A DNA stretch of 64,000 nucleotides, from NCBI RefSeq assembly GCF_902459465.1, contig NC_047062.1, forward strand, positions 33,294,001 to 33,358,000, in the 5' to 3' direction. The DNA is from Asterias rubens. Its lineage: Eukaryota. The number at the start of each line of letters is the position of its first letter. Position 1 is the first letter of the stretch. Positions 23,701 to 36,200 of this stretch are shown in pieces. Below the pieces are notes generated by a model. The model made no database searches, was not told the origin of the DNA, and saw nothing but the letters and a program-made list of their open reading frames with translations. Both the position numbers and the translations under genes were made by a program.

Positions 23701-26327
23701 TGAGTCTGGTGCATTTGACTGCTCAACCACTTTGAGAAATATTCAAAGAATGTTATTTTATGAACTTTAATGTAGTGTGTTAATGTTAAATACAAATCTC
23801 ACATTCATTCAAACAGGAAGCAGTTTCATGCAGATCGTAAATCTGTGAATAGTTACATCTTATTCACTACTGAAGAAGCCGCACAGAAAGCACTCAAAAG
23901 GTTTGTTCCTTTGAAATCGAATTAAATATCCCAAATGGTTACAATTGTAGCTTTGCATTTGGATTTAGTTTCAGTAGTTGGCGCTTACCATCCTAAATCA
24001 TCACATCCTCTTTGTAAACCCTGTATCTTCAACATATACTAGCTTGGAACTATGTTATTTGAAGCAATATGAACATTTTGTGGTTTACGTGTAGCAGTGG
24101 CAAGCAATCAAATAGCCAGCCTGACAAGCTGGATGGAACTCTGACTAGTCCTTTTGTGCGTTTTAACTGGTATTTGGTCAGTGAATCACTGTTAAGGGGG
24201 ATGCTGTACAGGTACACATGTTCCATTCATTACTTGTTTTTTTCTTGTGTTTTTAGGAATGGGAAACTGGTTGAGAATCACACTATTCGAGTAGATCTAG
24301 CCGGTAACAGCAGAGAGGTAAGAACTTTACATTGGAATCTTTGATACCAGTGACATTGTTCAATATTTCTCATAACATAGTATTTGCATCTCTTTCCAAT
24401 TTAACAAAATTTCTGGTTTTATCTTGCCAAAGTACATGTATGAACAAAGTAGTCTCTGTCCTTGATCATTATTATCACTTTGCTATCGAGTCTCAATTAT
24501 AATTTATCTTCCTTTGCCTCACACAGCATGATACCAAACACTCAATATTCCTTGGCAATCTGCCGTTCGATGTCAAAGATGACGTAGTAAGAGAACATTT
24601 TGAAGAATGTGGCACCGTTGAGAATGTTCGCATCATACGAGACGCTAAGACTGGGTTGGGGAAAGGATTTGGATATGTTCTCTTTACTGTAAGTATTTAG
24701 ATTGATCTTGCTTATGTCAGAGAGTTGCTTAAGCACAAAAAGTAGCTAACCGCTAAATTATGCTTACCAGAATAAGGTTACCTGACAGAATACCATGTCA
24801 CATGTACCATCCTTTACTGGTAACCTACTAATTTTTGCTTAGCTAAAAAAAATTCTGCTTTAAAAGCAGCTGTGTGAAACTTGGCCTAGCTGCTCACACA
24901 GCATCAGAAGAAGATCACAAAGTACACATGTATTATAAGAACAATGACTGTGTTAAACAAAGTTTAAGATAAGTAGGATTTGAAACTTTGCATGGTGGAA
25001 ATACGATATAGAAAGGTTTGCGGTAACACCATGTAATGACTATTTCTAATGAGTTGGGGTGGTTCTGAAAAGAACCATTGGTTTCAACTCGACTGATCGT
25101 CAAATTTCTGATCGTCTTCTGGAGAAAGCTGGACTCTGATGCTGCATACTGCTTAAGTGATTGTTAACTTTTGTAAACTACAAGTAATCATTTAGGACCA
25201 TCGCTTCACTGGTTCTGCAGGCCCTGTGCTTCCTATTGAAAGGGCAAGGTTACTCAGGCACTATTAGAAAGTAAAAGGCACTTTCACTAGGACATTTCTA
25301 AGGGGCACCAAGGCAATGACCAGGGGCAACAGATGTAATTGCCTCCCTTGCATCCAAAGGCCTGGTTCTCATCAATGGCTTCATTTTAAATTGACCCCAA
25401 ATCACAGTGGGAATCCATCAAGATAAAAAAGTTGTGGCAGAGGTTGGATTCAAGTCTTGATTCTTGTGTCCTTAAAGTTAAACTCTCAACCATCATTGCA
25501 TCTCCTTTTATGTAGTGTCTTTCCTTGATATTTGGAGTGATTATTAATAAGTTCTTTTAATCTTCCATGTGCCTGAGCAGGACGATGTGTCTGTTGAGTT
25601 TGCAATCAAGCTAGATGGCAGTAGAATGGCCGGACGTGACATACGAGTACAGAGAGCAACCAAACAGAAACAGATATCCTTTAGAAATATACTCCCAACA
25701 TATTTCATCAAAGATTTGATCAGTTTTAATTATTTCATCTGGAACTTTTGGGAAATGTATCTTTCACTTCACTTACTTTAAAACGTTTGTGTTCTTTTGA
25801 GACTGCCAACAATTTTCTATTTCAAGTAAATTTTTACAGTTATGTGGGTATTTCTACTTGCTCAAAAAATCTTAGTACATTCTACTGGTTACAAAATGCA
25901 AGAAATTGTCAACAAAACTTGGGGAGGAGGTAGGATTGGGAGCAGGGTTGTGTTCATTTCACTGTGATTCAAAGAGACAAAAGTCTGTGAGTAAAACAAT
26001 TTGTAGTCCTTAACTTCAGTGCACAGAGCTGTGAATGCAGTGAAAAGATTGCAGAAGAAATCTGATGTGAAAGGCAAGCCAGATGTTGGAAGGAGGAGCC
26101 ATGGTAAACCAGTTGGGGTCAAACCAGGTCAGGTCAAGCCGGGTCGGGGCCAACCAGGACGAGGCCAGCCAGGACGGGGCAAGCCAGGTCGGGCCAAGCC
26201 AGCACAAGGGAAGTTGACCAAGCCTAAATCAGGACAACCAAGATCCAGTAAAGGTGGCAGAGGATCCATGAAGAAAGGAAAGGCATCCGGTGGTATCAAG
26301 AAATTTGCAAAAAGCAAGAGAAAATGA
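20761..26327 (+). CDS. RBM34: RNA-binding protein 34 (Nop12 orthologue), nucleolar protein with two RRMs (about 473 aa)
   Basis: Exons 20761-20855 (tentative), 21527-21841, 22166-22370, 22812-22871, 23369-23412, 23817-23900, 24257-24317, 24527-24688, 25581(or 25578)-25673, 26025-26327; all phases agree. Motifs: DPYAIGQIAGLL, PAFVP, RRM1 KTVFVGNLP..KFGEIKTMRFRSV..NSYILF, IRVDLA, RRM2 SIFLGNLPF..ENVRIIRD.KTGLGKGFGYVLF, and a K/R-rich tail. Confidence 0.93.
23570..23735 (-). mobile_element. tRNA-derived SINE fragment, same family as 5845-6110
   Basis: AAACCCACAATCTGCTGATTAGAAACACCAGAGCTTGAGTCTGGTGC..CTCAACCAC matches the head of the APMAP intronic copies. Confidence 0.7.
25674..26024 (+). other. 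U12-type (minor spliceosome) AT-AC intron, the last intron of RBM34
   Basis: 5' site /ATATCCTTT at 25674, branch site TCCTTAAC at 26007-26014, 3' site GCAC/ at 26024. Joining gives phase 0 to phase 0 (..KQKQ|RAVN..). No usable GT donor follows exon 9. Confidence 0.92.
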
Positions 26328-27639
26328 GAGGGGAACTAACTCTCGCATGATATAACCCTTGATCCCTCTGAGCACCATTAGTGAAGATGGCATTCAATCC
26401 ACAGAATGATCCCCTGCGTCTGTTTCATACGTAATTATTAACTCTCCACTCACAAGTTTGCAAGATGCAAAAGAAAATAACTTTGACTTGGTATAACCCT
26501 TGACCCCTCTAGATATTTATAATGAGTGAAAGATGGTGTTAGCATTAATCAACAGAATGATCCCAGTCTGTTTCACATGTAATTATGTTATGAACAGTAC
26601 AATGACATTAAACATTTATTTTTTAATATTTCCTATTCCCCCCCCCCCAAGTTAGTTGAATACACTTTAACATTAAAGATTTGTGTTCTGTTTTCAATAT
26701 GTTTTAAATGATTAAGTCCAAATATTGAAACTGTTATTTAAAGGTTGATATGTTGTCCAGTCAGAAACTCAGCATATGGACAAATGAAGAAAAAAAGCCT
26801 AAGATGTTTTCAAAGTTTTCAAACATGTTTTACTGTTTTACGATTCTTAACAACTATAGAATTTCAAGCCGAAATAGTTCGAGGGAAATGTTTCCACCAT
26901 GAACACAGTGAACACTTTAAACCATTTAAGTTATGTGTAAATCTGTGAATAATTATATTTTCACTCTTACCTTATGAGAATAAAAACCCATAAACAGAAC
27001 ATACTCTTTGAAAGATTCAATCATTCATTGGTTAAGTCCTGTCTTGGATTACTAAATAAAGACCACCTGTTCCCCACACCTATGTTCTTTATCATTTGTA
27101 CTCGGGATAAAAAAGTTGAGGTTGCAAAGATTTCCTGAGTCAAGGCAAGATGGTTTATTCGCAGACAAAGTGTACATGTATAACAAATACTTGATCCTGA
27201 ATAATAAACACCCTGTACCTCGTGTCTGTACAGCTCCTTATCAGCGAGTCAAAACAATTACACAAATCTCTTATTCTTATTAATTAAGCTAAATTAAAAT
27301 GCACACAGTTTGGATTTCATTTGTATCTCTGAAATTGTAATCATTACTAATTTCTAAAAAACTATTTCTACTTTTTTCACAGGTTTCAAATCGTTCCCAC
27401 AAATATATATATCCAAATTGGTTAATCCATTTGTAAAAAAAAAATCAATTATTTGAAGCAAATTTAATTGAGAAACAATGATACAATTATTCCTTTTTTG
27501 AAATTTGTTCCATGGCATTTTTATGACCAAATTCCTAGAATATTTGCTAAACCTTTGGTACAAAATAGTGCACCAAGCTCTTAACAACTTTCTTATAACA
27601 CTTCCTTTGTGAATGGATTGATAATGGTCAGTTATTTTA

Positions 27640-27935
27640 ATATTTATCCCTCCTACTGTGTGACCATTCAATATCAACCACTATGATTTTTGAGCATGCC
27701 GGCCTGCAATATCATATCATGTGGAGACTATCTACACAGTACACAGTCAACCCTCCTACTATGTGACCATTCAGTATCATTCACTCTGGTTTTGAATGAT
27801 AAACTATGTAAGTCTGCAATGTATGTTATCAAGTGGTGAATGTATCTACATGTACATGATACACAGTCAACCCTCCTACTATGTGACCATTCAATATCAT
27901 CCACTTTGGTTTGAATGACATAAACTGAATGTTGT
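27640..27935 (+). repeat. Tandem repeat of about 110-115 bp (about 2.5 units), also present in an ARID4 intron
   Basis: ACACAGTCAACCCTCCTACTATGTGACCATTCAATATCATCCACT..GGTTTTGAATGATAAACT recurs here and at 37500-37835. Confidence 0.8.
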
Positions 27936-30239
27936 GCCACCATATACACCACATGCAGTTGAATGATAGCAAATGGTCGGTCAAATCACTGGAAAATGGT
28001 AACAATGGAAGGACATATTTTTTTCAGTAAATCTTTGTAGGACCATTTTAAAATAAAAGCCAACTATTATTTAAGCTTCACTTATATTATTTACAGTCCA
28101 GCAAATACAAGCAAGTCACATTGTACATCACAGCTGAATAAAAATGCACACGAGCTGAATATTCAAACGATAAATTCATCATTTTTGGTATAAATATGTC
28201 TTCTCTTTAAACTCATTTCTTTACGGAGCCCTTAAACATGTTGTCATATCAAACAAAACTTATTAAAAATGTTTGACTATATGCTATAAGAGCTGCAACC
28301 ATTACTTCACGTCAACTACACTACATTACATGCAGATCTGTTCAAATAAAACAACCAGAATTTATTTGGCAGTTGTTTAAAATCTTTGTACATGTATCAA
28401 CGGTAATAATGCATGTAATAATTCCCGTCAAACTACCTTGTCATATTCTTAAATAAAAATGATATGTACAATTTGGTGAAGTATTTCATATGTTTATTTT
28501 TACTACCTGTAAATACTTTGATAAAAACTCTGCACTATCTCTTCTTCAGACTTTAAGTTTTTACTTCGACCTGGTTTTGCCGAAAAAAGTTTCTTAAAAA
28601 AAAAAAAGACAAGATTTCAGGAAATCATACGATTTGTAGAGTAGAAGAAACGGGAGAATTGTCTCGGACACTGGAATGACTTTAAATAACAACAATTAAT
28701 GCACCAAACGTGCACAATTCAATCTCTAAAAAACAAAGCATCAATAAAAGTTATTGCTAAGTTATCTATCAGAAAACATTGACTTTATCTAAACGACTCT
28801 GACCAAAAGCTTCCAAATCACGTCCGTTTGCCACAATTCATTCACTAACTATACATAGAACTAAACATTAAACTGGACTAAATATTATACTAAATCAGTG
28901 TAAACACAACACAACACTGTTTACTACTGATATGGTGCTAGATTAATGGAAGTCTGGGAATAAGACATGAGCTACTGTATTAAAATGCAGCAAAATGAGG
29001 GTTGAGAGGTGGACAGACTACATGTACTTTCAAAGTCACATTGGGTTTGTTGATGTGACTTTACCATCATGCAAAACAAAATATGGAAAAATGCCCAGTA
29101 AAGTGGAACTGCTTTTGTAAATTACAATAAAATTTCCATAAAATATAAAGCTGCTGGTGACATTAACCAAGTAGTTGGCCATGTTTGTGTGAGCTCAGGT
29201 CATTCTTGAGGGGTGTCACGACTGAATAATAAGCCTTGCTATAATGGGCAGCGCGCCGTATCGATACCTCTTATCAATAACCATGGGGATTTGCTTTAAA
29301 AAAGAAAACGCTGACTGGTTCCAAAAAACCACCAATCTAAGCACACACTTTTTAAAAACTGTTGAGCAAGGTGCTTTTTAGGCCATTCAAATTAATTGTT
29401 ATTACATGGTTACCAGAAACTGCATACAGTTAAACATGTCAAAGATCAAAGAATGAGAGGGGACCAGTTGCTCTTTGCCTTGCATCCTCTTTTGCGGGCT
29501 GTCATACTTGGGGCGTGTGAGGAGTAGGCCCAATTATAATGTGCCATATAATATTAGCCTATATAAATTCTTAATCAATACGTGGAGTTATGAGTGAGCA
29601 AAGTGTAACTACTCTAGCCCTTTCCCAAGTTCATCGGACCAACAGTAATTCTGATCATCTGACATTTATGTACAAATAGCACTCCTAAGATTCCATTGTT
29701 ACAAACTAATTATTGCAGTTTCGCTCAACCCATTCTGCCACAATGTTTCAAAATCGATGGTCAAAAATAAAGATGCTGTTACTCAAATGTGTGAGACACC
29801 ATTTGGTAGACAATATTGTTATTTGTTTACACAACATCGATGTGTGCTAAGCACTGTGTACACAGTGCTCCATCTCACTCCTATGAAAAGTGAATCCAAA
29901 GATATCCTATTCCATCTTTATAGTGGATCAATAAATACATGTATAATGGAATATGAATCACTAAACGTCAGATGATGTGCATATCCGCCAAATTCATCTA
30001 GACTGGCTTAGAGCGGACGGTTTATTACAACAGGAATTCATTGTGGCAACGATATTTTCAAAGGAAAACGATTACTCAAGAAGCTCCAAAAAACTTTTAA
30101 ATAATTTCAGAATACTGACCCTAAAGTGGTTAAAACGTTGTCTTTGCAATGACAAGGAAATAATCTTAAGTGGTTTGTTGAGCACTGGAGTTCATTAGTT
30201 GCACATCTCTAGCATTTATTCAAATACAGACGTCTCCAT

Positions 30240-33200
30240 CTAGGTGCTATCAACCGACTTCTTTTCAGGTTGTTTTTGACTGGCTAAGGCTTGTGCAGCT
30301 GCAAAAAAGAAAAGTAATAAATACAATCAGAATGGTTTATTGCAAAGAAACTATGGCTATGTCAAAATCAGCCGTAGCTGAATACATACAATAAAGTAAA
30401 GGGTGCCATCAGCCACACCTTAAGCAAATGCCGTAGCCAGGTTATAAGATTGTTTTTAATTAAAGACAAGCACTTGATTATTAAAGAGGAGGTGAAGTGT
30501 ACAATTAAATTTTGTGATGTACTCTTTTTCAAATAGAAATACCCATTAAAGTGGTATAAAATGCCATTGTATTTGATACCATTCCAGTGCAAATTTTGTC
30601 AACATCCAAAACATTTGATGACATCATTCTGAGAAAAATGGTTTATACTATCAACAGCTGCAGTGCTTCTCACCAAGTAAGTTTTTATGGCCATTATTTT
30701 TTTGAGAATTCTGAGTGAAAAAGGTAATAATCCGAGGTTACACTCACCTTCTCGTTCTTTCCTGCGGAACTTTTTTCGTCGTCTATCGATGGTTGCTACT
30801 TCCGTCTTGAGTTGCATGTAGATCTTACGAAGGTCATTCAACTGCCTCTGGATTAGAGATATTCTCTCTTCAGGATCAGTGATGTGACTTACATCTACAA
30901 ACAGACAAGAATCAATAAATCAATCAATCAATTAAACAAGAATCTTAGAAGAAACTTACTGGCGAGTGAGAAACAAAACACTCAAAGTAGTATGGGCTTC
31001 AAATTAAAGAGGGAACTATGTCAAGAGAAAGAGGAATTCAAAACAAATATATATCTTCATTACAAATATATATAGAACTCAAGTGCTCTTTACAAAGTAA
31101 CTTTTAAGGGTGACTTTGTGGAGTAAAAGTACACTCTGCCTTTAGGCAATGTTTCTGAGATAAAGCTTTTTCATCAAGCAAGACTGAGGGTTTGAACTTG
31201 ACTCACCTATTAGGAAGTTCCACTTGCGTGGGATTGGAGGTCCTTCTACCCTGTGATGGCTACTATGACTGACTTCTGACGTCTTCTTTTCACTTTCTCG
31301 TTTCTCTGATTTATGGCTAGAATGATGGTGTTTAAGATCAGACTGAGTTTCATCGGTATCGCTGCTACTATGACGGGGTGCTTCCCTCGCTGCTGACCGC
31401 CTCCTCTCAGCTACGGCCGACGCAACCGACGTCTGACGTCGGTTTCTCTTACGAGATCGTTTGTGAGATGATTCAGACTCAGATGTGTTTCTCCTCCGTT
31501 TCTTTGGAGATGGGGTTTCAGCAGCGACATCATGTTTAACAGTTCTGATATCAGTGCTTGTGGTTGGGGTGGGCATGTGAATATCTGCACTGCTGTTTGA
31601 GGAGCTTGTATCGTGATGAGGTGATTGCCGCCTCTGAGCGTGACTTGATTCACCGATACTTGCTACCTCAATCATAGCATCGCTGTCTGATTTCCCACTG
31701 ACATGTTCATCATCGGCTTCATGGTGGGAGCCTTTGGCTGCGTCGTTACTCGCTGGAGAGGAAGGCTGCGCTGGAGAGTTCTCTGGTGATGTTGGTGGGG
31801 TTGATAACAATGGTCGGTTCTTGTTAAAGGCAAATGGTTTCCCAAGAACTGAACTGCTACTTGGTTCTGCTGGTAATGGTCTAGAGCTTTCAAAAGACTC
31901 AGTCTCCATTTTCCCATCTTTAGCACTTTTATCCTGTTTAGTTTCTGAGTCCATTGCAGCTTTCTTATCATGCTTAGGATCAGCCTCTTTCCTTTTCTTC
32001 TCCTCAGGTTCACTGGTTGTATCGTCCTTAGCACTCTCTTCTTTATTCTTTGCCTTGCCGTCTAAACTCTTACGACTCGCACGTTTTCTTCCCTTTCTCT
32101 TCTTAGTGTCCTCCTCTGGTTCTGGTTTCAGATTCACCGTTTCTTCCTTAACTTCCTTCTCCTTCTTTTCCTTCTCTTGTTCCTTGACTTTCTCCTTTGC
32201 TGCTTCCGCTTTTGCTTGTGATGACTTCTTATTAGTCTCTTTCTTCCCTTTTGTTTCTTTCTTGGCGTCTCCAGAGCTCTGTCGAGACTGATCTTTCTTG
32301 GCTTTGCTCTCTTTCTTGGATTTACTCTTCGTCTCCTTCTTCTTTTCCTTCTTGTCCTTCTTCTTTGGGGTTTCTACAGGTTGTGCTATCGGTTCCTCCT
32401 GCGGAATCAAACCATCTTGTTTCTTCTCCGATGGTGGCTTGATTTCCTCCACCTCCACGACCTTATCTTTCTTTTTGGTTTCCTCTTCTTTTACTTCTTC
32501 CTCCTTCTCCGCAGGAATATCTTTCAAATCTTCAACATCTTTTGGAGGTTCTACAACATCTTCTTTTTCGATTACAGCCTCAGCTTCCTTGACGACTTTT
32601 AAAGCCAGATTCTCTTCTGTCAGCTTCTCTAAGATGAGTTCAGGTTGAGCCTCTGCACTCCTGGTGTCCTCCACAGTCTTTTCCTCGACTGCGGGACTTT
32701 CTTTGTCGTCTTTTGTTTCTGGAAGATTGGAAATGCTGTCTTGGGAACTATTGTCTTCAACATCTTCACTTTCACTGTCAGACCCTGTATTAACAAACAT
32801 GATGAAAAGAACAGTAATCAATAAAGGATTTGCATAACTCCTTTACTCATAATTTAATTAGAGACCACCAATCCAATTAGGTCAAGGTAAAGGTCATATC
32901 CTGAAATTTAAAAAGTTCACAGGGCTCAATTTCACAAAGTACTAACATTCATCTTCAGATGAGTTGGCAGTATTGCTAAAAGGATTTGCACACTCTGCTT
33001 AGCAAAGATTGATAAACAGTCAAGAACCATCAACACTTTTCCTGGAAATTGGGTGTAAAATATTAACAATATTTCCATGTTGATGGCTATACAGAATTGA
33101 ATGGTCTCATAATAGGTGAAAAACCTATGACTACCCCCGCCCCAACAAAAACATTTTGTCCATTTGTTAAATGTAGGAATGACGTCTCAGTGACACTCAC

Positions 33201-36200
33201 CTCTTGTAACACTCTCAGAGTGTCCGGAACTCCTCCTTGGTCTTGGTTTGGCTGTTGAGCAAAATCATTCATATCGGACTATTTAGCTTCATGTACAATT
33301 TGAGAAATTAAATGGCAAAAAAAAAAACAGTTCAAATTACAACAGTATTTCAATATGACAAAGTCAACACTTAAGCAATATTTCACTCAATGTGACATCG
33401 TATTCAAGGGGTCTATTCAACAAACGATTTGCCCAAATACCCTAAACCCAGCACTAAGTATTTGTATTTTCCACTCACCTGGAAGACCAGAAGCAAATGG
33501 TGAATCGGATAAACTCTTCCTGTCCGATCTCATGACACGTGTCGCATAAGATCGACTTGGAGTCGGTGATTTACTGGAGCTACTCTGTTCCTGTGGAGAC
33601 GTAGACCTCCCTGGTGTAGATGGAGTAACACCAACAGTAGATACCCCGGCCACTGGAGATGGTGTAGGTGTCTTAGTTATGGAAGGTCGTCCTCGCTTTC
33701 CTGAGATCTTCCCAGGTGTCTTCTCTTTCTCCGATTTCTCTTCGGCGAGTTTCTTCAGCTCCCGTTCCTTTTCCGCTTCCTTTTCCGCCTTTTTCCGTTT
33801 GGATTCTTGTTCAGCCTTCTCCCGCTCTTCTTTCTCTTTCCTTTCTCTTTCCTCCTTGAGCTCTCGGTCGCGTTTCTCTTTTTCCTTCTTTTCCTTTTCT
33901 TTCCTCTCTTTTTCCTTCTGCTCCTTCTCTTTAGCCTTCTCCAATTCCAGTTTAGCTTTTTCTCTCTTCTCCCGTTCTTTTTCTTCCTTTTCCTTCTCCT
34001 TACGTTCCCTTTCTGCTTCCATCTCTTTCTCCTTCCTTTCCTTTTCCCGGTCTTTCTGTTGTCTCTCTCGTTTCTTCTCGGCCCATCCCAGGATGCGGTC
34101 AGCCGTGATGACCTCATCAAAGCGAACATTCCATCCCATGTAATGAATGGTATACACCACTTGACCATCCTCTACTTCATAATCAACAATCTGTAAACAA
34201 AAAACAAACCATATCAACATTTGTCAATCAAGTAAATAACCCGATTAAAAAGGAAACACTCACATAAATGTTGTGCAATTTGGGCAGATAGTTTGAGATG
34301 CTTTTACCCATTCTGATTTTCAATAAACCATACAACAATAACAAATGTTCAATAATTTTGGCTGGTCAGGTTGGCTATGTAGTATCTTGCCTTGCCTTCC
34401 ACTTCTAGGACCCTGGTTTGAAATCTCCCTTGGGTTCTTGGCTAGTACAGTGATTAAGTTCGCTTTTCTGAGACTCCTTGGTTTTACGACCAATTTTCAT
34501 AAATAAAACAAATGAAATGAAATCTTTACCTTGGCTTCGTAAATCTTCTGTGTTCTGCCTCGACCGTATTGAACTTTGATCTTCTCACCAATGTCAAAGT
34601 CAGCTTGGATGGACGGGTCATGCTCTTGTCTGAAGTAGGGAAACAAAAATAACAAATTTAAGATTTTAATCTACATGTGTCAGCAAAACATCGTTGAATG
34701 TCATGGCCAAGAATTTAAAATTTAAATCAAGCATATGAACAAATTAGGTAATTAATCAGGAATTTTTTTATAAGAAAGCAAGAAAATTGAATAAATTTCA
34801 GACGTACTTAAGTTCTGGTTGCTCAGTTCCTGAATCTTCTTCTTCTTCTTTATCAGCTTTACTCCCAGGACCTTCCAAGGTACGAGGATCTCTCCTTCTT
34901 CTTGCCTCTTTCTCTTTCTCCTTCTGACGTTTCTGTCTCAGATTTTCCAACTCCTTTTCCTTTTCTTCTCTCTCTTTCCTCTCCCGTTCCTTCTTGTCTC
35001 TTAACGCTTCTTTTTCTTTCTCAGCTTTTTCCTTCTTTTCTCTCTCCAAGCGCTCCTTTTCCTGCTTGGCTTTCTCCTTCTTCTCCTCTTCAGCCTTGTC
35101 CTTTTTCTCTTTCTCTAGGCGTTCTTTTTCTCTTTTCTCTCGTTGTTTCTTCTCTTCTTCTCTTCGTTCCTTCTCTTTCGCCTTGGAGTCTTTCTTATCT
35201 GGAGTTTCCTTCTCAGCTTTGGTTTCTGTTTTCTTATTGCCCTGCAAACCAATGAGATTGAGGAGTTGATGCTATGGATTCAAATTCTAATTTAAATATT
35301 CAAATTCAATCAACTGGGCTCACAAATTGTGAAAGTCCTAGCACTTTACTGGGTCGAACACGCACAAACTTTGTCAAGTTTATAATTAGTAGGATTTTAC
35401 CAACCTTTTACAGAACTAATTGATTTAAATTCTAGAAAAGAAGTTATTAATAAACTTGGGGTAGAAAAACAAAAAAGTTGATTGAGCTTTGAACTAGCAA
35501 TCCCTGTTCCAGGTGTTATGTAATGCATAGTATTATGTTGTCGGTCTCCCTATTTAACATTTGTTATGTTACCTTCTTCTTATTCCGTGGCGAGACTTCT
35601 TCCTCACTTTCAGACTCTTCCATCTTACGAAGCTCCTTGGGAGATGGAGACTTCTCTACTTTAGGGGAAATGGTCATTGGCCAACGCTCACTGTATGACG
35701 ACCTCCGACGTGTCCTGGGTAAGGAACGTGTGATGCCAGGGCCAAGCTTGCGATTATACTCTTCAAATGCATACAGATACCTGTCAATTCAAATAAAAAA
35801 ATGTAGTAATGGTTTAAAAATTATTATTTAACATTTGATCTTCTTTTGAGATGTTACAGGCTTCCATTATAAAGTGTTAAGTTTTATTTTTAAAAGTTTC
35901 ATGGTATTCGCTCCTGCAATGCGACACACATTGCTACAGCCTGTCAATGCTCGGTCATTGTGGAAGGAAACATTGCATGTAAAGAAATTGTGTGCATCTC
36001 ACCAATTTGCTGTTTTACAGCAAACTTAACTAGGTTGTAACTCCCCAATGCAGTCTTAAATCTGACTTACTTGTTATATGCAGCTTTGATGTTATAAGGC
36101 TGCGCTGTGGTAACAGAAGGAATACCCATCTTGGTGGAGACGTGGCGCCATTTCTGTTTATCGGTTACTTTACGACATCCTCCAATATCTTGAACCAACT

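Noticed and set aside
33087-33272. [17 protein letters not shown].. as an ARID4 exon frame
   Set aside because: Phase requires the acceptor at 33252 and a different frame ([17 protein letters not shown]), giving a 51-nt phase 1-1 exon.
31411-35269. Many long antisense or alternate-frame ORFs (F/S/L-rich) over ARID4
   Set aside because: They are shadows of the low-complexity E/K/R coding strand, which has few stop codons in other frames.
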